Positions 1-12,643 of a stretch of 64,000 nt of DNA are shown piece after piece. The translations under genes and the position numbers were made by a program. Numbering within the stretch: the stretch's first letter is position 1; each line of letters opens with the position of its first letter. Source of the DNA: Octopus bimaculoides (lineage: Eukaryota). The stretch spans positions 74,794,781 to 74,858,780 of the forward strand of contig NC_068982.1 in the NCBI RefSeq assembly GCF_001194135.2. Direction: 5' to 3'. The notes beneath the pieces are model-generated. The model had not been told where the DNA came from. It made no database searches and saw only the letters and a program-made list of their open reading frames with translations.

Positions 1-35
<35 letters not shown>

Positions 36-349
36 CATATACATACACACATATACATACATGTGTGTGTGTGTGTTATTGTGTGCATAATCTTAGTCTT
101 ATATTTCATCTTTCTTTCTGTCTCCTGTATTATGGCTTTCTTTTATAGTCTTATACTTTACGCTACTATAACTTATCTTACACTCAGCTTTCTCATACCC
201 GATCACTTTACTCTTCATCTTTCTTCCTCATATTTTTCACCTTTTAGCCTCTTTCCTTCTTTCTCAGTTACCTCTTTTAACCTGTCCTGCCATTTTTACA
301 TTGAATTTTTCTCTTCCCTTCACTGTCACCACCATCACTCCTTTTCTCT

Positions 350-390
<41 letters not shown>

Positions 391-788
391 ACTCTCTGGA
401 CAACCACCATTATAGGCAATCATAGAACATCTTGGCTAAATGAATTGCAATCAAGCACATATCACATGATCAAATTGTGATGACATAGCCACATCCCTTC
501 CCCTCCTCCAACCCTCTCTTACCATCTATTCATCGCACCCTCCGCCATCACCTCTATCACCCCTACACATCATCCTACCTCTTCACCAGTTCATCCATTA
601 TTTTACCAAAGTCATCTCCCACTACTACTCTTTTACTAAATACATTTCCTTCTTTTTCTTATACATAGTTATTAGGTTTGTTTATTGTTCTTTTTTCTCC
701 TACTGCAGCCTACACCTAATGTTTAAGTGTTGCCACTGCTGCTTTTCCTTCCTTCCATCTCTGTATCACTATCACTGTGTGCCTGCGC

Positions 789-839
<51 letters not shown>

Positions 840-842
<3 letters not shown>

Positions 843-2465
843 CTGTGTGGTAAGAAGCTCGCTTCCCAACCACATGGTTCTGGGTTCAGTCCCATTGTGT
901 GGCACCTTGGGCAAGTGTCTTCTACTATAGCCTCAGGCTGACTAAAGCCTTGCAAATGGATTTGGTAGATGGAAACTAAAAGAAGCCCATCGTATATATA
1001 TTGGGTCATCCCATAGATATGAACTAAAAGTCAGAGGATAAACTACCTGCATCAACTTGCTATAAAAACAGATAGTAATTTTACCTTCTATTTATTCTTA
1101 GTGCAAGTTTTGAAGAGTGCAGTTCGATTTTAACAATTATTTTTTCAAAGCTTTAGCGGAAATGACAAAGGAGCATATTCAGTATATTTTGCTTTATGAG
1201 TTTGATAAAGACAACAACGCAACGGAAAGTGCGAGGAATATTAATGCAGTGTATGGGGATCGGACAATAAGTGTAAGCCAGTGTCAATGATGGTTCCAGT
1301 AATTCTGAGCCAGAAACTACAGCCTAGAAGACAAGCCTCGTCCTGGAAGATCTGTAGAGCTCAACAAGGACGTTCTGCAAGCCCTAGTGGAACAAAATCC
1401 TATTGTAACATTGTAACTGTTGAGGAATTAGCAGAGAAGCTTGGATTTCATCATTCAACCATTCATCAACAACTGCATGCCATTAGAAAAGTCAGCAAAT
1501 TGGGTCAATAGGTTCCTCACAAATTTTCCGAGTTATCACACGCAGAGAATAAATGTGTGCTCTTCTTTGCTGTCACATCTCACGAATGAACGTTTTTAGG
1601 ACCGAATAGTGACTGGTGATGAGAAATAAGTTCTCTATAAAAATGTTAAATGCTGAAGACAGTGGGTAGGGAAAGAAGAAACACTGGCACCCCAGGCTAA
1701 AGGTCTTCACCCATGTCAGGTGTTGTTATCTGTTTGGTGGAAACTTTTAAACCTAAACCAAATGAATAGAAAAGAGATCTACTGCAAGCAGCTTGAGTGA
1801 CTTAAGTCAGCGCTAGAAGGAAAACGACCATCTTTGGTTTTAAGACGAACAGTATTCTTCCATAGAATAATGCTCAGCTACATATAGTGAGGATGACATT
1901 CCAAAGGCTGGAGCAGTTTGAATGGGAAACGATGCCCCACCCACTATATTCACCAGATATTGATTATCATTTATTTTGCAGTCTACAAAATTATTTGGAT
2001 GGAAAAAATATGAATTCTGAAGATGAGGTCTGAACAATATTGGAGGAGTATTTTTTTCTCAAGGACAAGTGAATTTTGGAAGATGGGCTTTGCAAGTCTA
2101 CCAGATAGATGGAAGAGCATTGTATGAAATGAAAGAGAGTATATTTTAAATTAAAAAAAAACTTTGTTTATCTTAATTTTGAAAAAAAAAGAATAAAAAT
2201 CCGCATTAATTATGGGATGACCCAATATATGTGTATATTTATGTGTGTCTTTGTGTTTGTATTTGTCCTCCACCATCGTTTGACAACCAATGTTAGTGTG
2301 TTTACGTCCCCATAACTTAGTGGTTCGGTAAAAGAAATCAATAGAATAAGCACCAGGCTTATAAAGAACAAGTCCTGGGGTCAATTTCTTTGACTAAAAA
2401 ACCGTTAAGGTGGTGCTCCAGCAAGGCTGCAGTCAAATGATTGAAACAAGTAAAGGAACAAAAGA
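840..2465 (+). mobile_element. SINE family A copy split by the mariner (840-1000 and 2226-2465)
   Basis: The head ends at gaagcccatcgtatatata; the sequence resumes tatatgtgtatat...gtcctccaccatcg after the mariner. Confidence 0.85.
1001..2225 (+). mobile_element. Near full-length mariner (DD34D-type) transposon with degenerate transposase
   Basis: TIRs ttgggtcatcccata...tatgggatgacccaa with TA on both sides. Transposase remnants from 1162: MTKEHIQYILLYEF, RIVTGDEK, YSPD; stops and frameshifts present. Confidence 0.93.
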
Positions 2466-2474
2466 ATATGTATA

Positions 2475-2601
2475 TGAGTGGCTGTGTGGTAAGCTTGTTT
2501 ACTAACCACATGTCACCTTGGGCAAGTGTCTTCTACTATAGCTTCAGGCTGATCAAAGTCTTGTGAGTGGATTTGGTAGACAGAAACTGAAAGAAGCCCG
2601 T

Positions 2602-2644
<43 letters not shown>

Positions 2645-2890
2645 GTGTGTCTNNNNNNNNNNNNNNNNNNNNNNNNNNNNNNNNNNNNNNNNNNNNNNNN
2701 NNNNNNNNNCCCCCCCCCCCCTCAACATCGCCTGACAACCGATGCTGGTGTGGTTACATCCCCGTAACTTAATGGTTTGGCAAATAGAATAAGTACTAAG
2801 CTTACAAAGAATAAGTACTGGGGTCGATTTGCTCGACTAAAGGCAGTGCTCCAGCATGGCCACAATCAAATGACTGAAACAAGTAAAAGA

Positions 2891-2930
<40 letters not shown>

Positions 2931-3155
2931 CTATGTATTATTTATATATGTATATAAGTGTGTATGTGTGTGTGTTTTTGTTGATATTTTTGTTGGTGTC
3001 TTTGTTAGTGTTTTGTTGGTGTGTTTACGTTGCTGTAACCTGGCCATTCAGCGAAAAAGACTGATAGAATAAGTACTAGGCTTAAGAAAAAAATCCTAGG
3101 GTCAATTTGTTCAACTAAAACCCTTGAAAGTGGTGCTCCAATATGGCCTCAGTCA
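2475..3155 (+). mobile_element. Two further SINE family A copies (2475-2890 with a gap; 3' half at about 2975-3155)
   Basis: Family motifs gatagaataagtact and ggtgctccagcatggcc. Confidence 0.8.
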
Positions 3156-3159
3156 CATA

Positions 3160-3623
3160 ACAGAAATAAGTACTATAAGCTCTGCAGTAATTTTGGGAGC
3201 TGTACTTTTGTGATCCTTTCTAACAATTTGCATAAGAGTCCAACAGTCCCTATCTGAAAGTTTTGGTTTTCTTCTGGAGTTTTGTTTTGACGAGGAGGTT
3301 TTTCCCTCTTTGTCAAAGGCTGTCATTACTTTTGAGACAGTACTTCTTGATACACTTAACATTTCAGCTGTTTTTAATTATGCTAGCACCTGCCATAGGA
3401 GCACCAACAATTTGACCTCTTTGATAGTCCGATAGATCTGTCATTTTAATGAATTTTAATAACTTTTTTTCTGAAAAGAAGCAGCAATTTTAGTAAAACA
3501 TATTAAGCTACACTAATAATAAATCAAAAAACATAAAAACAAACAAGCTTTTGACGATTTTATAGATATTTCAAAATTATGATGCTATGATGCTAGATGT
3601 TTCCATTATTTTTTCAACCCCTG
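3160..3623 (-). mobile_element. 5' fragment of a Tc1-like transposon
   Basis: ORF 3153..3362 (LSVSRSTVSKVMTAF...RKPKLSDRD...STAPKITAEL) is a Tc1 HTH region. Terminal ta|caggggttgaaaaaataatgg lies on the minus strand. Confidence 0.85.
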
Positions 3624-3869
3624 TATGTGTACCCTTGACAAGACATTACATGTTGGTTGTAAATGCACATCACTAACATATAAGCAGGGTTGTTCATTTC
3701 CAGTCTTCCATGAAAAACATGTCTGGTCATGAAGAGATATTGCTTAACTTAGAAACAAGTAAAGGTTAGCACCAAAAAGGGCACCCAGTTGTAGAAAATC
3801 TGCCTCAACAAATTCCATTTGACCCATGCAAGCATGGAAAAGAGAATATATATGTGTTATATAGATACT

Positions 3870-4165
3870 CATAGGTTAGGGCATCCAGCTCTCAATCGTA
3901 AGGTTGAGAGCTCAATACCTGACGTCCCATTGTGTCCTTGAGCAAGACATTATATTTCATGTTGCTCCAGTCCACTCAGCTGGAATGTGACAAGGGCAGC
4001 CTTGTCACATTCTGTGTCATGCTGAACCTTGTTGAAAACTACGCGAAGGGTACACAGGTCTACGGAGTGCTCAGCCACATGAATGTTAATTTCACGAGCA
4101 AGCTGTTCAGTTGATCAGATCAACTGGAACACTCATTGTCGTAACCGACAGAATGTCCTATACAC
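3870..4165 (+). mobile_element. SINE sharing the family B 3' tail but with a gtgtccttgagcaagac core; related minus-strand copies at about 54500-54740 and 58070-58375
   Basis: The tail ccttgtcaca...gatcaactggaac is shared with family B. Confidence 0.75.
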
Positions 4166-4479
4166 ACAGATTGCTGCAGACAGCTAGAAAAAGGTATGGA
4201 AGTGTTATTATGAGTGGCAGTGAAATATGGAGAATGTATAGGATGAAGAGAGGCTACCTCTTCTCTCCTTCCTCTGTATCACTATCATTCTCTGTGTGTG
4301 TGTGTGTGCGTGCATGCATACACACACATATTATAAATATAGGTAGAGTGTAGTTTTGTAGCAGCTCCAGCTGACAACAATGCAGTAGGACATGAAGGTG
4401 GAGGAAGATGCTGGCCCTTCGATGATAGTCATTTGAAATGATTCAAAATGTCTGTGAGGTAGGATACATGATAGTTATA

Positions 4480-6745
4480 AACTTACATGAGTTAAAAAGA
4501 GAGGGTATTGCAGAGACATCAAATTATCAGAGCGGGTTATAAAGGTTATGAAGAGAGTGGGATCACAATAGAGCCAAAACAAAGTTAATCTAGATGAGAT
4601 GCAGTTCAGCTTCATGCCCAGTGGATGCAATCATGCAAGCAAGACAACTGCAGGATAAATACTTGGCTAAGAGTAAACCACTATATCTTGAATTCATTGA
4701 GGAGAAGGCTTTTGACAGAGTGCCACAGTCAGTAATTTGGTGCTCACTAAAGAAACTAGGTGTAAATAAATGGCTTGTGAGGATGGTACAGGCTATATAC
4801 AGGATGTTCAGGCGAAATTTGACAGCTTGCATAAAAAGAAAAGAAAACACATCCCATCCGAAAATAAAATATTTTTTAAAAAATCTGAAAATATCAACTA
4901 GATTATGGCTGGCAGATAGCAGTTTACTCAGAGTAGCTGCCCACCAAAACAGCTCCAGAGCTTGGCATATGCATCCTTCACTGTGTCCCTGGGAAGATCT
5001 TCGAACACCTTGATGTTGGCCACTAGCTTGACCTTGGTACTGCAAGTAGAGCAGTTGGTGTCCTTCTCAACTACGCTCCATACATAGTAATGGCATGGGA
5101 TTACAATCAGGGGAATTAAGAAGCCAGAAATTGGAGTTGGTAAAGTCAAAACCACTCTGACTCTTTCCAGAGGTATGGCAAGGAATAGAATCCTGCAGCA
5201 ACCTTCTCCAGCCAGGAATTGTTCACAACCTCCAGTAGCTTCACATAGCAATCTGAATAGAGCCTAAGGCCCTCTTCAAAGATATGTTTGATGAATTCCA
5301 GTGTGTAGACACAATCAAAACACCTGTTGTGTCCCTTCTTGCTGGCCACATCTTTATAGACTCCATTGCAGTTGTCAATGTTACATCTTACAGCCTTTAC
5401 AGTGTTCACAGAGCATTGCACAGCAGTCATGATGTTGGCATTTTAATACTTGGTGCAAATCATCATGATTCAGGTAATTCTTTTCCAATATTCAGATGGC
5501 TTCCAGTCCTTCATGTCAGCTAACTTTTTTTCAACTATATTATTCTTTATGCTCCCCAATGCCATCAACTGTTCAACAATGCATCAAGTTGTTCCTGAAA
5601 AAAGGGGACATAAAACATTCTCAAATTCAGCCTGAACACTTTGTATAAAGATGCAGTTAGTAAAGTGAGATTCAATGAAAGTTCAGCAACGAATTTAGTG
5701 TGAAGGTAGGAGTTCATCAAAGTTCATCCTTCAGTCATCAAACAATTCATCATCTTTCTGCAGATCATCACAGAGGAGTTTTGGATTAGATGTCCATGGG
5801 AATTCCTATATGCTGATCTCATTCTTGTAAATGAATTTATGATGGAATCAGAAATGAAATTCTAGATATAGAAACTAAACTTGGAATTGAGAGGCCTCAA
5901 GGTAAACTTAGTAAAGATTAAGGTCTTAGTATGTAGGAGAGACCACAGGACCACTGAATTATCAGGGAAATAGCCTTGCTTGATATGAGTAAGTAGGAAC
6001 TCCATTTATTGTGCCCAGTGTAAGCTATGGACACACAAGTGATGTAGTGAAATCACAAGTAGGCTATCAGAGATGATAAGCACTGTGTGTGGTAGATGCA
6101 CTGGAACAATATGTACTAAGAACTCACTAAGAATACATTCTCTTAAATACCTGAAGAGTTCACTAGAAATAGTTGGTAGTCTTTCTAACTATGATACATA
6201 ATTAGCAGAAGAGTTGGCTTTTCAGAAAGTACAGTAGTATAGTAGTTGTACAAGAATGGGTTGGAAAAGGTCCAGGGAACTATTATCACTGCTGGCAACA
6301 AAGGTCTTCTCTTTCAGAGGTATTAGAATTGAAGATCTGTATGGTAGTGAAACATGGGTCCTGAATGCAGAAGACCTCTGAAGACTTGAAAAAAAGAAAA
6401 CTAGAAAGCTCTGATGAATATACAATATTATTGTGCAAGCATGTCAGAATATAAATGAGCTAAGAAAATTGGGTAAGAGGAATGAGGTGTACTCTGTAAC
6501 TGAGGTTGCCGAGCTGGTATGAACATGTGATGCATATGGAGGGTGACTACTGTATAAGGAAGTGCTGAGCTTTTCAAGTTTGTGGAACTTGCAAAAGTGG
6601 GAAGACTTAGTACAAAGTGGTGAAGGCTGATCTGGAGATGTTGCATCTCACAGAAACGACAAAGAACTGTACTGATTGGTGATATGCAGTGCTATAGAAG
6701 GCTTGACTGCCCATGGCAAAACATAGCTTGATATAGGGCAGTGTT
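4480..6745 (+). mobile_element. Degenerate RTE-clade LINE (RT region to 3' end), split by the maT element
   Basis: QLQDKYLAKSKPLYL.F...EKAFDRVP before the insertion; the frame resumes YKDAVSKVR after it; later YADL and YGSETWVL. Confidence 0.88.
4800..5643 (-). mobile_element. Internally deleted maT/DD37D-like Tc1-mariner element inserted in an RTE LINE
   Basis: TIRs caggatgttcaggcgaaattt and (rc) caaagtgttcaggctgaattt, TA on both sides. Minus-strand peptides MKDWKPSEYWKR, QDSIPCHTSGKSQ, NFW.LNSPDCNP, YYVWSVVEKDTN. Confidence 0.8.
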
Positions 6746-7039
6746 TGAAGTNNNNNNNNNNNNNNNNNNNNNNNNNNNNNNNNNNNNNNNNNNNNNNNNN
6801 NNNNNNNNNNNNNNNNNNNNNNNNNNNNNNNNNNNNNNNNNNNNNNNNNNNNNNNNNNNNNNNNNNNNNNNNNNNNNNNNNNNNNNNNNNNNNNNNNNNN
6901 NNNGTGGGTGGGGGTGCATATACATATATACATGCATAAGTGTGTGCGCATATACATACATACATACATACATACATACATACATACATACATACATACG
7001 TATATACATACATAAGTTTCAAAAAGAGCACAGGCATGC

Positions 7040-7229
7040 GAAGTCTAAAATGGCTGCCACTTAAGTAATGTCATTTTTCATATGCGATGTAGTGGTGTTG
7101 CAAAATTTGACTCGTGCATATTAATTTCCATTATGTCCTTTATATTGTATCAAAATTTCATGCATTTATTTGTAATGTTACAGAAGTTATTAAAAATTGA
7201 AACCATCAGTGACTTTTGGGACACCTTGT
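7040..7229. mobile_element. Tc1/mariner-type terminal fragment
   Basis: Ends ttttgggacaccttg|ta, the reverse complement of a CAGGGTGTCCCAAAA-like TIR. Confidence 0.5.
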
Positions 7230-7332
7230 ATATTGGTATAATGTTCTGTTCCATGATAGAAAATTCAACAAAAAAGTACTGCATCTGGTGAGAGATAAAT
7301 ATTATTTATTTAAAGAGCACAATACATGTATT

Positions 7333-7588
7333 TAAGCGCTACTAATAGTTTCATATGTTGAGAAATACTCAAACATATTCTTCAAGCGCAAACCACATAT
7401 CATAACAAACTAAAAAAATATTGAATAATAGAAGAAAACACGTAAAAACTGAAAAGGCAGCATATAGAAAATGCAAAAAACGCATTTCTTCTATTATTCA
7501 ATTTTTTTTAGTTCGTTAGGATATGTGGTTTGCACCTGAAGAATATGTTTGAGTATTTCTGAACATATGAAACTGTTGGTAGTGCTTA
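7333..7588. repeat. Imperfect fold-back, truncated by a gap
   Basis: Arms of about 105 bp: taagcgctactaatagtttcatatgttgagaaatactcaaacatattcttc... and its reverse complement. Confidence 0.85.
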
Positions 7589-8570
7589 NNNNNNNNNNNN
7601 NNNNNNNNNNNNNNNNNNNNNNNNNNNNNNNNNNNNNNNNNNNNNNNNNNNNNNNNNNNNNNNNNNNNNNNNNNNNNNNNNNNNNNNNNNNNNNNNNNNN
7701 NNNNNNNNNNNNNNNNNNNNNNNNNNNNNNNNNNNNNNNNNNNNNNNNNNNNNNNNNNNNNNNNNNNNNNNNNNNNNNNNNNNNNNNNNNNNNNNNNNNN
7801 NNNNNNNNNNNNNNNNNNNNNNNNNNNNNNNNNNNNNNNNNNNNNNNNNNNNNNNNNNNNNNNNNNNNNNNNNNNNNNNNNNNNNNNNNNNNNNNNNNNN
7901 NNNNNNNNNNNNNNNNNNNNNNNNNNNNNNNNNNNNNNNNNNNNNNNNNNNNNNNNNNNNNNNNNNNNNNNNNNNNNNNNNNNNNNNNNNNNNNNNNNNN
8001 NNNNNNNNNNNNNNNNNNNNNNNNNNNNNNNNNNNNNNNNNNNNNNNNNNNNNNNNNNNNNNNNNNNNNNNNNNNNNNNNNNNNNNNNNNNNNNNNNNNN
8101 NNNNNNNNNNNNNNNNNNNNNNNNNNNNNNNNNNNNNNNNNNNNNNNNNNNNNNNNNNNNNNNNNNNNNNNNNNNNNNNNNNNNNNNNNNNNNNNNNNNN
8201 NNNNNNNNNNNNNNNNNNNNNNNNNNNNNNNNNNNNNNNNNNNNNNNNNNNNNNNNNNNNNNNNNNNNNNNNNNNNNNNNNNNNNNNNNNNNNNNNNNNN
8301 NNNNNNNNNNNNNNNNNNNNNNNNNNNNNNNNNNNNNNNNNNNNNNNNNNNNNNNNNNNNNNNNNNNNNNNNNNNNNNNNNNNNNNNNNNNNNNNNNNNN
8401 NNNNNNNNNNNNNNNNNNNNNNNNNNNNNNNNNNNNNNNNNNNNNNNNNNNNNNNNNNNNNNNNNNNNNNNNNNNNNNNNNNNNNNNNNNNNNNNNNNNN
8501 NNNNNNNNNNNNNNNNNNNNNNNNNNNNNNNNNNNNNNNNNNNNNNNNNNNNNNNNNNNNNNNNNNNNNN
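7589..8570. other. Largest assembly gap; others at 2653-2709, 6752-6902, 10338-10399, 20511-20720, 24469-24534, 50826-51213, 52453-52462 and 57029-57060
   Basis: N runs, mostly next to microsatellites. Confidence 0.99.
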
Positions 8571-8623
<53 letters not shown>

Positions 8624-9244
8624 ATATGTTGTTCCTGCTTTATATGTCACCATTCTCCATTGTTGTTTTCTCTCTGTCTCCTTCTTTCCCACTTGCTTTC
8701 TGGCTCTATTATTTTGCTTTGTTTTTTATTGTTTTGTTCTGCTTTCTTTTCTTCCTCTCACCCACCTACACACTTTTCTTTTTCCTTCCCTCCTTCCTTC
8801 TCTCTCTCTCTACCTCTTCCTCCCACCCTTTCTCCTTCCTTCGACCAAAGTACTTTGTTTTTCTTCTGTACTTTTTTTTCTACTTAAGGTCAGTGTTGCA
8901 CTCACTCCAACCATTTCCTTTCTCCCTCTTTGTCTGTCTATCTGTATATCTTTATCTCTCTCACTCTCTCTTACATACACATTTACCTACCCATTTACAC
9001 ATATACACAAATGGATTTAATTACATATATACAACCACAACCAGCTTACACACACACAATCACACACCACACACCACCACCGCCACCACAACCACTACCA
9101 CCATTCCTCCAGCTACACAAGCTAATTCAATGACTTATATATAGTCATTATCATCTAGCACACACACAGATATGCTTGAACATACAATGGTCCTACACAC
9201 ACTAACATGAATGCACAAATACATAATTATATACAACGACCTCG

Positions 9245-9311
<67 letters not shown>

Positions 9312-9890
9312 ACATACACACACACATACCAAAACAGATAAAGTTGTCCAAATACACCAACACACACACATACCAAAATAAGCACAAACAACCAGACAGA
9401 TACATGCATAGACACTTCAACTTTACTCGCACACACACACACACAGACACACGCACACACACGCACACACACATACACACACACACACATATGCAGCCAT
9501 GTTAACATCTAGACACACAACAAAAATACATGTAGAGACCACCATGTTCACATAACACAAAAACAGCAACACAGCCAGATACACAAACACACACAATCAT
9601 ACCCATGCATACACAGACACAATCTCTCACAGACACTCACACACACACACACCAAAATAAGTACAAACATAAGATAGATTACATGCAGATACTTCGCCTT
9701 TACACACACACACACACACACACAAAATAACAGAATACCACATATGGGCAGTTATACCAACACAGGAAGACACATAACAACAAAAATATTACATAAACAC
9801 CACCACCAACACAAGTAGACATACAAACACACACATTCATAGACAGACACACACTGACTATAAAATACAAACACACACACATACACATTT
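8571..9890. repeat. (CA)n-rich and pyrimidine-rich low-complexity region; further (TA)n, (GT)n, (CT)n, (GATA)n and (TATG)n arrays occur throughout the window
   Basis: Direct reading. Confidence 0.9.
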
Positions 9891-9929
9891 CCCCCCTTTG
9901 TAACTACTAGGCCTTGACTGCCTTACACA

Positions 9930-10670
9930 TTTGAAATGGAGCAAGTCACTCCATGTTGTTGATAATATCATCAAATGCATTTGGCTGGCAGCTGCATATT
10001 TTGGTAGTCTTCATCTATCAGCATCTATTGCAGTCACTGCATTTTATCTTCCCCACCAACACCGACAACTGCAGCCACTGCTGCATATTATCATACCCCT
10101 CAGCAACAACAAATGCAGTCACTGCATTCGATTATTCCCATCGTCCCACCACCACCACCACCACCTGCAACCACTGCATTTTATCGTTCCCACCACCACC
10201 ACCACCACTACCAGCAATGTCAAAAACAACTCAACTGCAGTCTATCACCCACCGCCACCACCACCACCACCTTTATCACCAGACTGTATAATAATAGGAA
10301 AATACGTATTAATTAATTTTCCTTTATTAGCAACAGANNNNNNNNNNNNNNNNNNNNNNNNNNNNNNNNNNNNNNNNNNNNNNNNNNNNNNNNNNNNNNT
10401 CCCACCACCACCACCACCAGCAGCAGCGCTCCCACCATCAAACAACTGCATCCACTGCATTCAATCATCTGCATCACTACCACCAACTGCAGCCGCAAAA
10501 TTTTTCCCAAACACCACCAACAACAACTGCAGGCACTGCATTTCACATCGCCAACATCACCACCAACATCACCACCACCATCATCACCACCACTACCAAC
10601 ATCATCACCACCACTACCACCACCACCAACATTACTGCCTTCAGTTGCTTCATGTCTCACCCACCTAACA
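9930..10670. repeat. (CAC/CAT)n trinucleotide low-complexity tract
   Basis: Degenerate acc/cac repeats; the ORFs here are compositional artefacts. Confidence 0.9.
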
Positions 10671-10994
10671 CCATCCTACAAACACAATAAATAGGAATTC
10701 TTCACATTATTTCAAGGCCCTCAAATTTGTTGGGAGAAGGACATAGTTGATTTATGGACCCTGTTTTATGGCTGGTACTTATTTTATTGATCCCTAAAGA
10801 GGTTAAAGAGGCAGTTGTTCCCAAAAGGCTTTGAAACCTGAATGTAAAGGAATGTTATTTAATACCCCTTGGCATATAGTCTGGTGGGAATCTGGTCTTT
10901 TCTAACACTACACCACCACACTGCCCTTTCCCTCCATAATAGAACCAACAGATAACAATGTATTTCTAAAAGAAATGGTGAAACTATCAAAATA

Positions 10995-11905
10995 CAAGCA
11001 AAGTAGCTAATCAGAAAATCTCTGTAAGTGATGAAAGTAGTAACTATACTGAGAAGTAATGTTTGTCACCACTTCAACATGGCTGTTCTGTAATGTTGGT
11101 TTGTATGGAACATCCATGCTGAAGTGGTGATAAGCATTACTTTTCAGTATAATTACTACTTTCATAGTGGAGGTGCAATGGCCCAGTGGTTAGGGCAGCA
11201 GACTTGTGATCATAGGATCGCGGTTTCAATTCCCAGACCGGGCGTTGTGAGTGTTTATTGAGCGAAAACACCTAAAGCTCCACGAGGCTCCGGCAGGGGA
11301 TGGTGGCGAACCCTGCTGTACTCTTTCACCACAACTTTCTCTCACTCTTACTTCCTGTTTCTGTTGTGCCTGTAATTCAAAGGGTCAGCCATGTCACACT
11401 GTGCCACACTGAATATTCCCGAGAACTACGTTAAGGGTACACGTGTCTGTGGAGTGCTCAGCCACTTGCACGTTAATTTCACGAGCAGGCTGTTCCGTTG
11501 ATCGGATCAACTGGAACCTTCGATGTCGTAAGCGACGGAGTGCCAACACACTACTTTCATCTCTTACAGAGATTTTCTAACTTGCTGCTTTGCTTGCTGC
11601 AAAGACAGTGACTGATTGTCACTTATTTTTCTATATATTGCAAGCTGGAGTGAGCTACTGTTATCTGTAGCAGGCAGGGGTCCAGCACTGAGGATGAGCA
11701 AAAATAGCCCAAAATCAGACAGTCTGCTGGTCCTGTCAAGTCACTTCAAGATGGTTGGGGTTCACTCCCCTGATTGCAATATATGCCAAGTGTGGATTGC
11801 ATCGATAACCAGCTAGAGGAAGCTTCTTCTTGGGGTTAAAAATGGTAGTAATGTTGGTTCATACAGAACAGCTATGTTGAAGTGGCAACAAACATTACTT
11901 ATCAA
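10995..11905 (+). repeat. Unclassified fold-back/tandem element, interrupted by SINE B; related copy at 18197-18657
   Basis: Inverted 5' arm, a shared ctatctctagcag core, and a terminal gaacagc.atgttgaa.tgg..a.aaacattact present twice in direct orientation. Confidence 0.7.
11166..11549 (+). mobile_element. tRNA-derived SINE family B, full length
   Basis: A box tggcccagtgg, B box ggtttcaattcc, tail cgtaagcgacggagtgccaac; 11-bp TSD actactttcat (11155, 11550). Confidence 0.92.
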
Positions 11906-12643
11906 AATACAAAGATTTGGAAATAGAAATAATCCACTTGGGCCTGCAAACAGAAAAAATCCTTATATATTCTATGTACTGTTTGTGCAGTTTTGATTGC
12001 TTTTCTGATGAGTTGTAGTGCACCTGAGCACTGTATAAAATAAGTTCATTATATATTTTTAATAATAGATACTTTAAAGGTTGCGAGCAGGCAGAATCAT
12101 TAACATGCCAGGCAAAGTGCTTTGTGGCATTTCCCCTGTCTTTACATTCTAGATTCAAATTCCACCAAGGTCAACTTTGTCTTTCATCTTTTTGGGGCCA
12201 ATAAGTACCAGTTGAGCACTGGGGTCAGTTTAATCAACTTTCTCCCTCCCCTGAAATTGATGACCTTGTGTCAAAATTTGAAACCAATAATAAGTACTTT
12301 AGGTATAGTCAAAATAACATGCAGACAAATACATAGCCAAAAACCCAGGACTTAATATATATATAGCATACAGAACATAGCACTACATCTTATGTTAGAA
12401 TGCTTTCAATACAATAAAAATAACACCAAAACAAAAACCCCAGCACATACCCAAGGCATACATGCTTGATAAGTGCAGTGAAAGCATACAAAACACACAA
12501 TAAAAGTAAGACTACTGAATGATAATTGTAATCATCATTTAATGTCCATTTTCCATGTTGGCATGTGTTGGACATGTTGATAAGGTCAAATAAATCGCAG
12601 AGCTGTATCAGGTTCCAATGTCAGCTATTTAGCATGAACAGAT

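Noticed and set aside
4594-5013. 139-aa ORF as a host gene
   Set aside because: It is a chimera of RTE RT sequence reading into the antisense strand of the maT element.
7494-9144. Long ORFs of 367-531 aa in the ORF track
   Set aside because: They read through N-gaps and (CA)n tracts and have no real coding content. The same applies to ORFs at 6607-7064, 20278-20735 and 50692-51313.
11166-11240. tRNA-like sequences (also at the heads of SINE A and Nin-type copies)
   Set aside because: They are SINE heads continuing into SINE bodies with TSDs, not stand-alone tRNA genes.
11895-12040. Minus-strand acceptor-like sites with short open frames (CSGALQLIRKAIKTAQTVHR...)
   Set aside because: No recognisable homology, no good matching donor and no phase-compatible partner exon.
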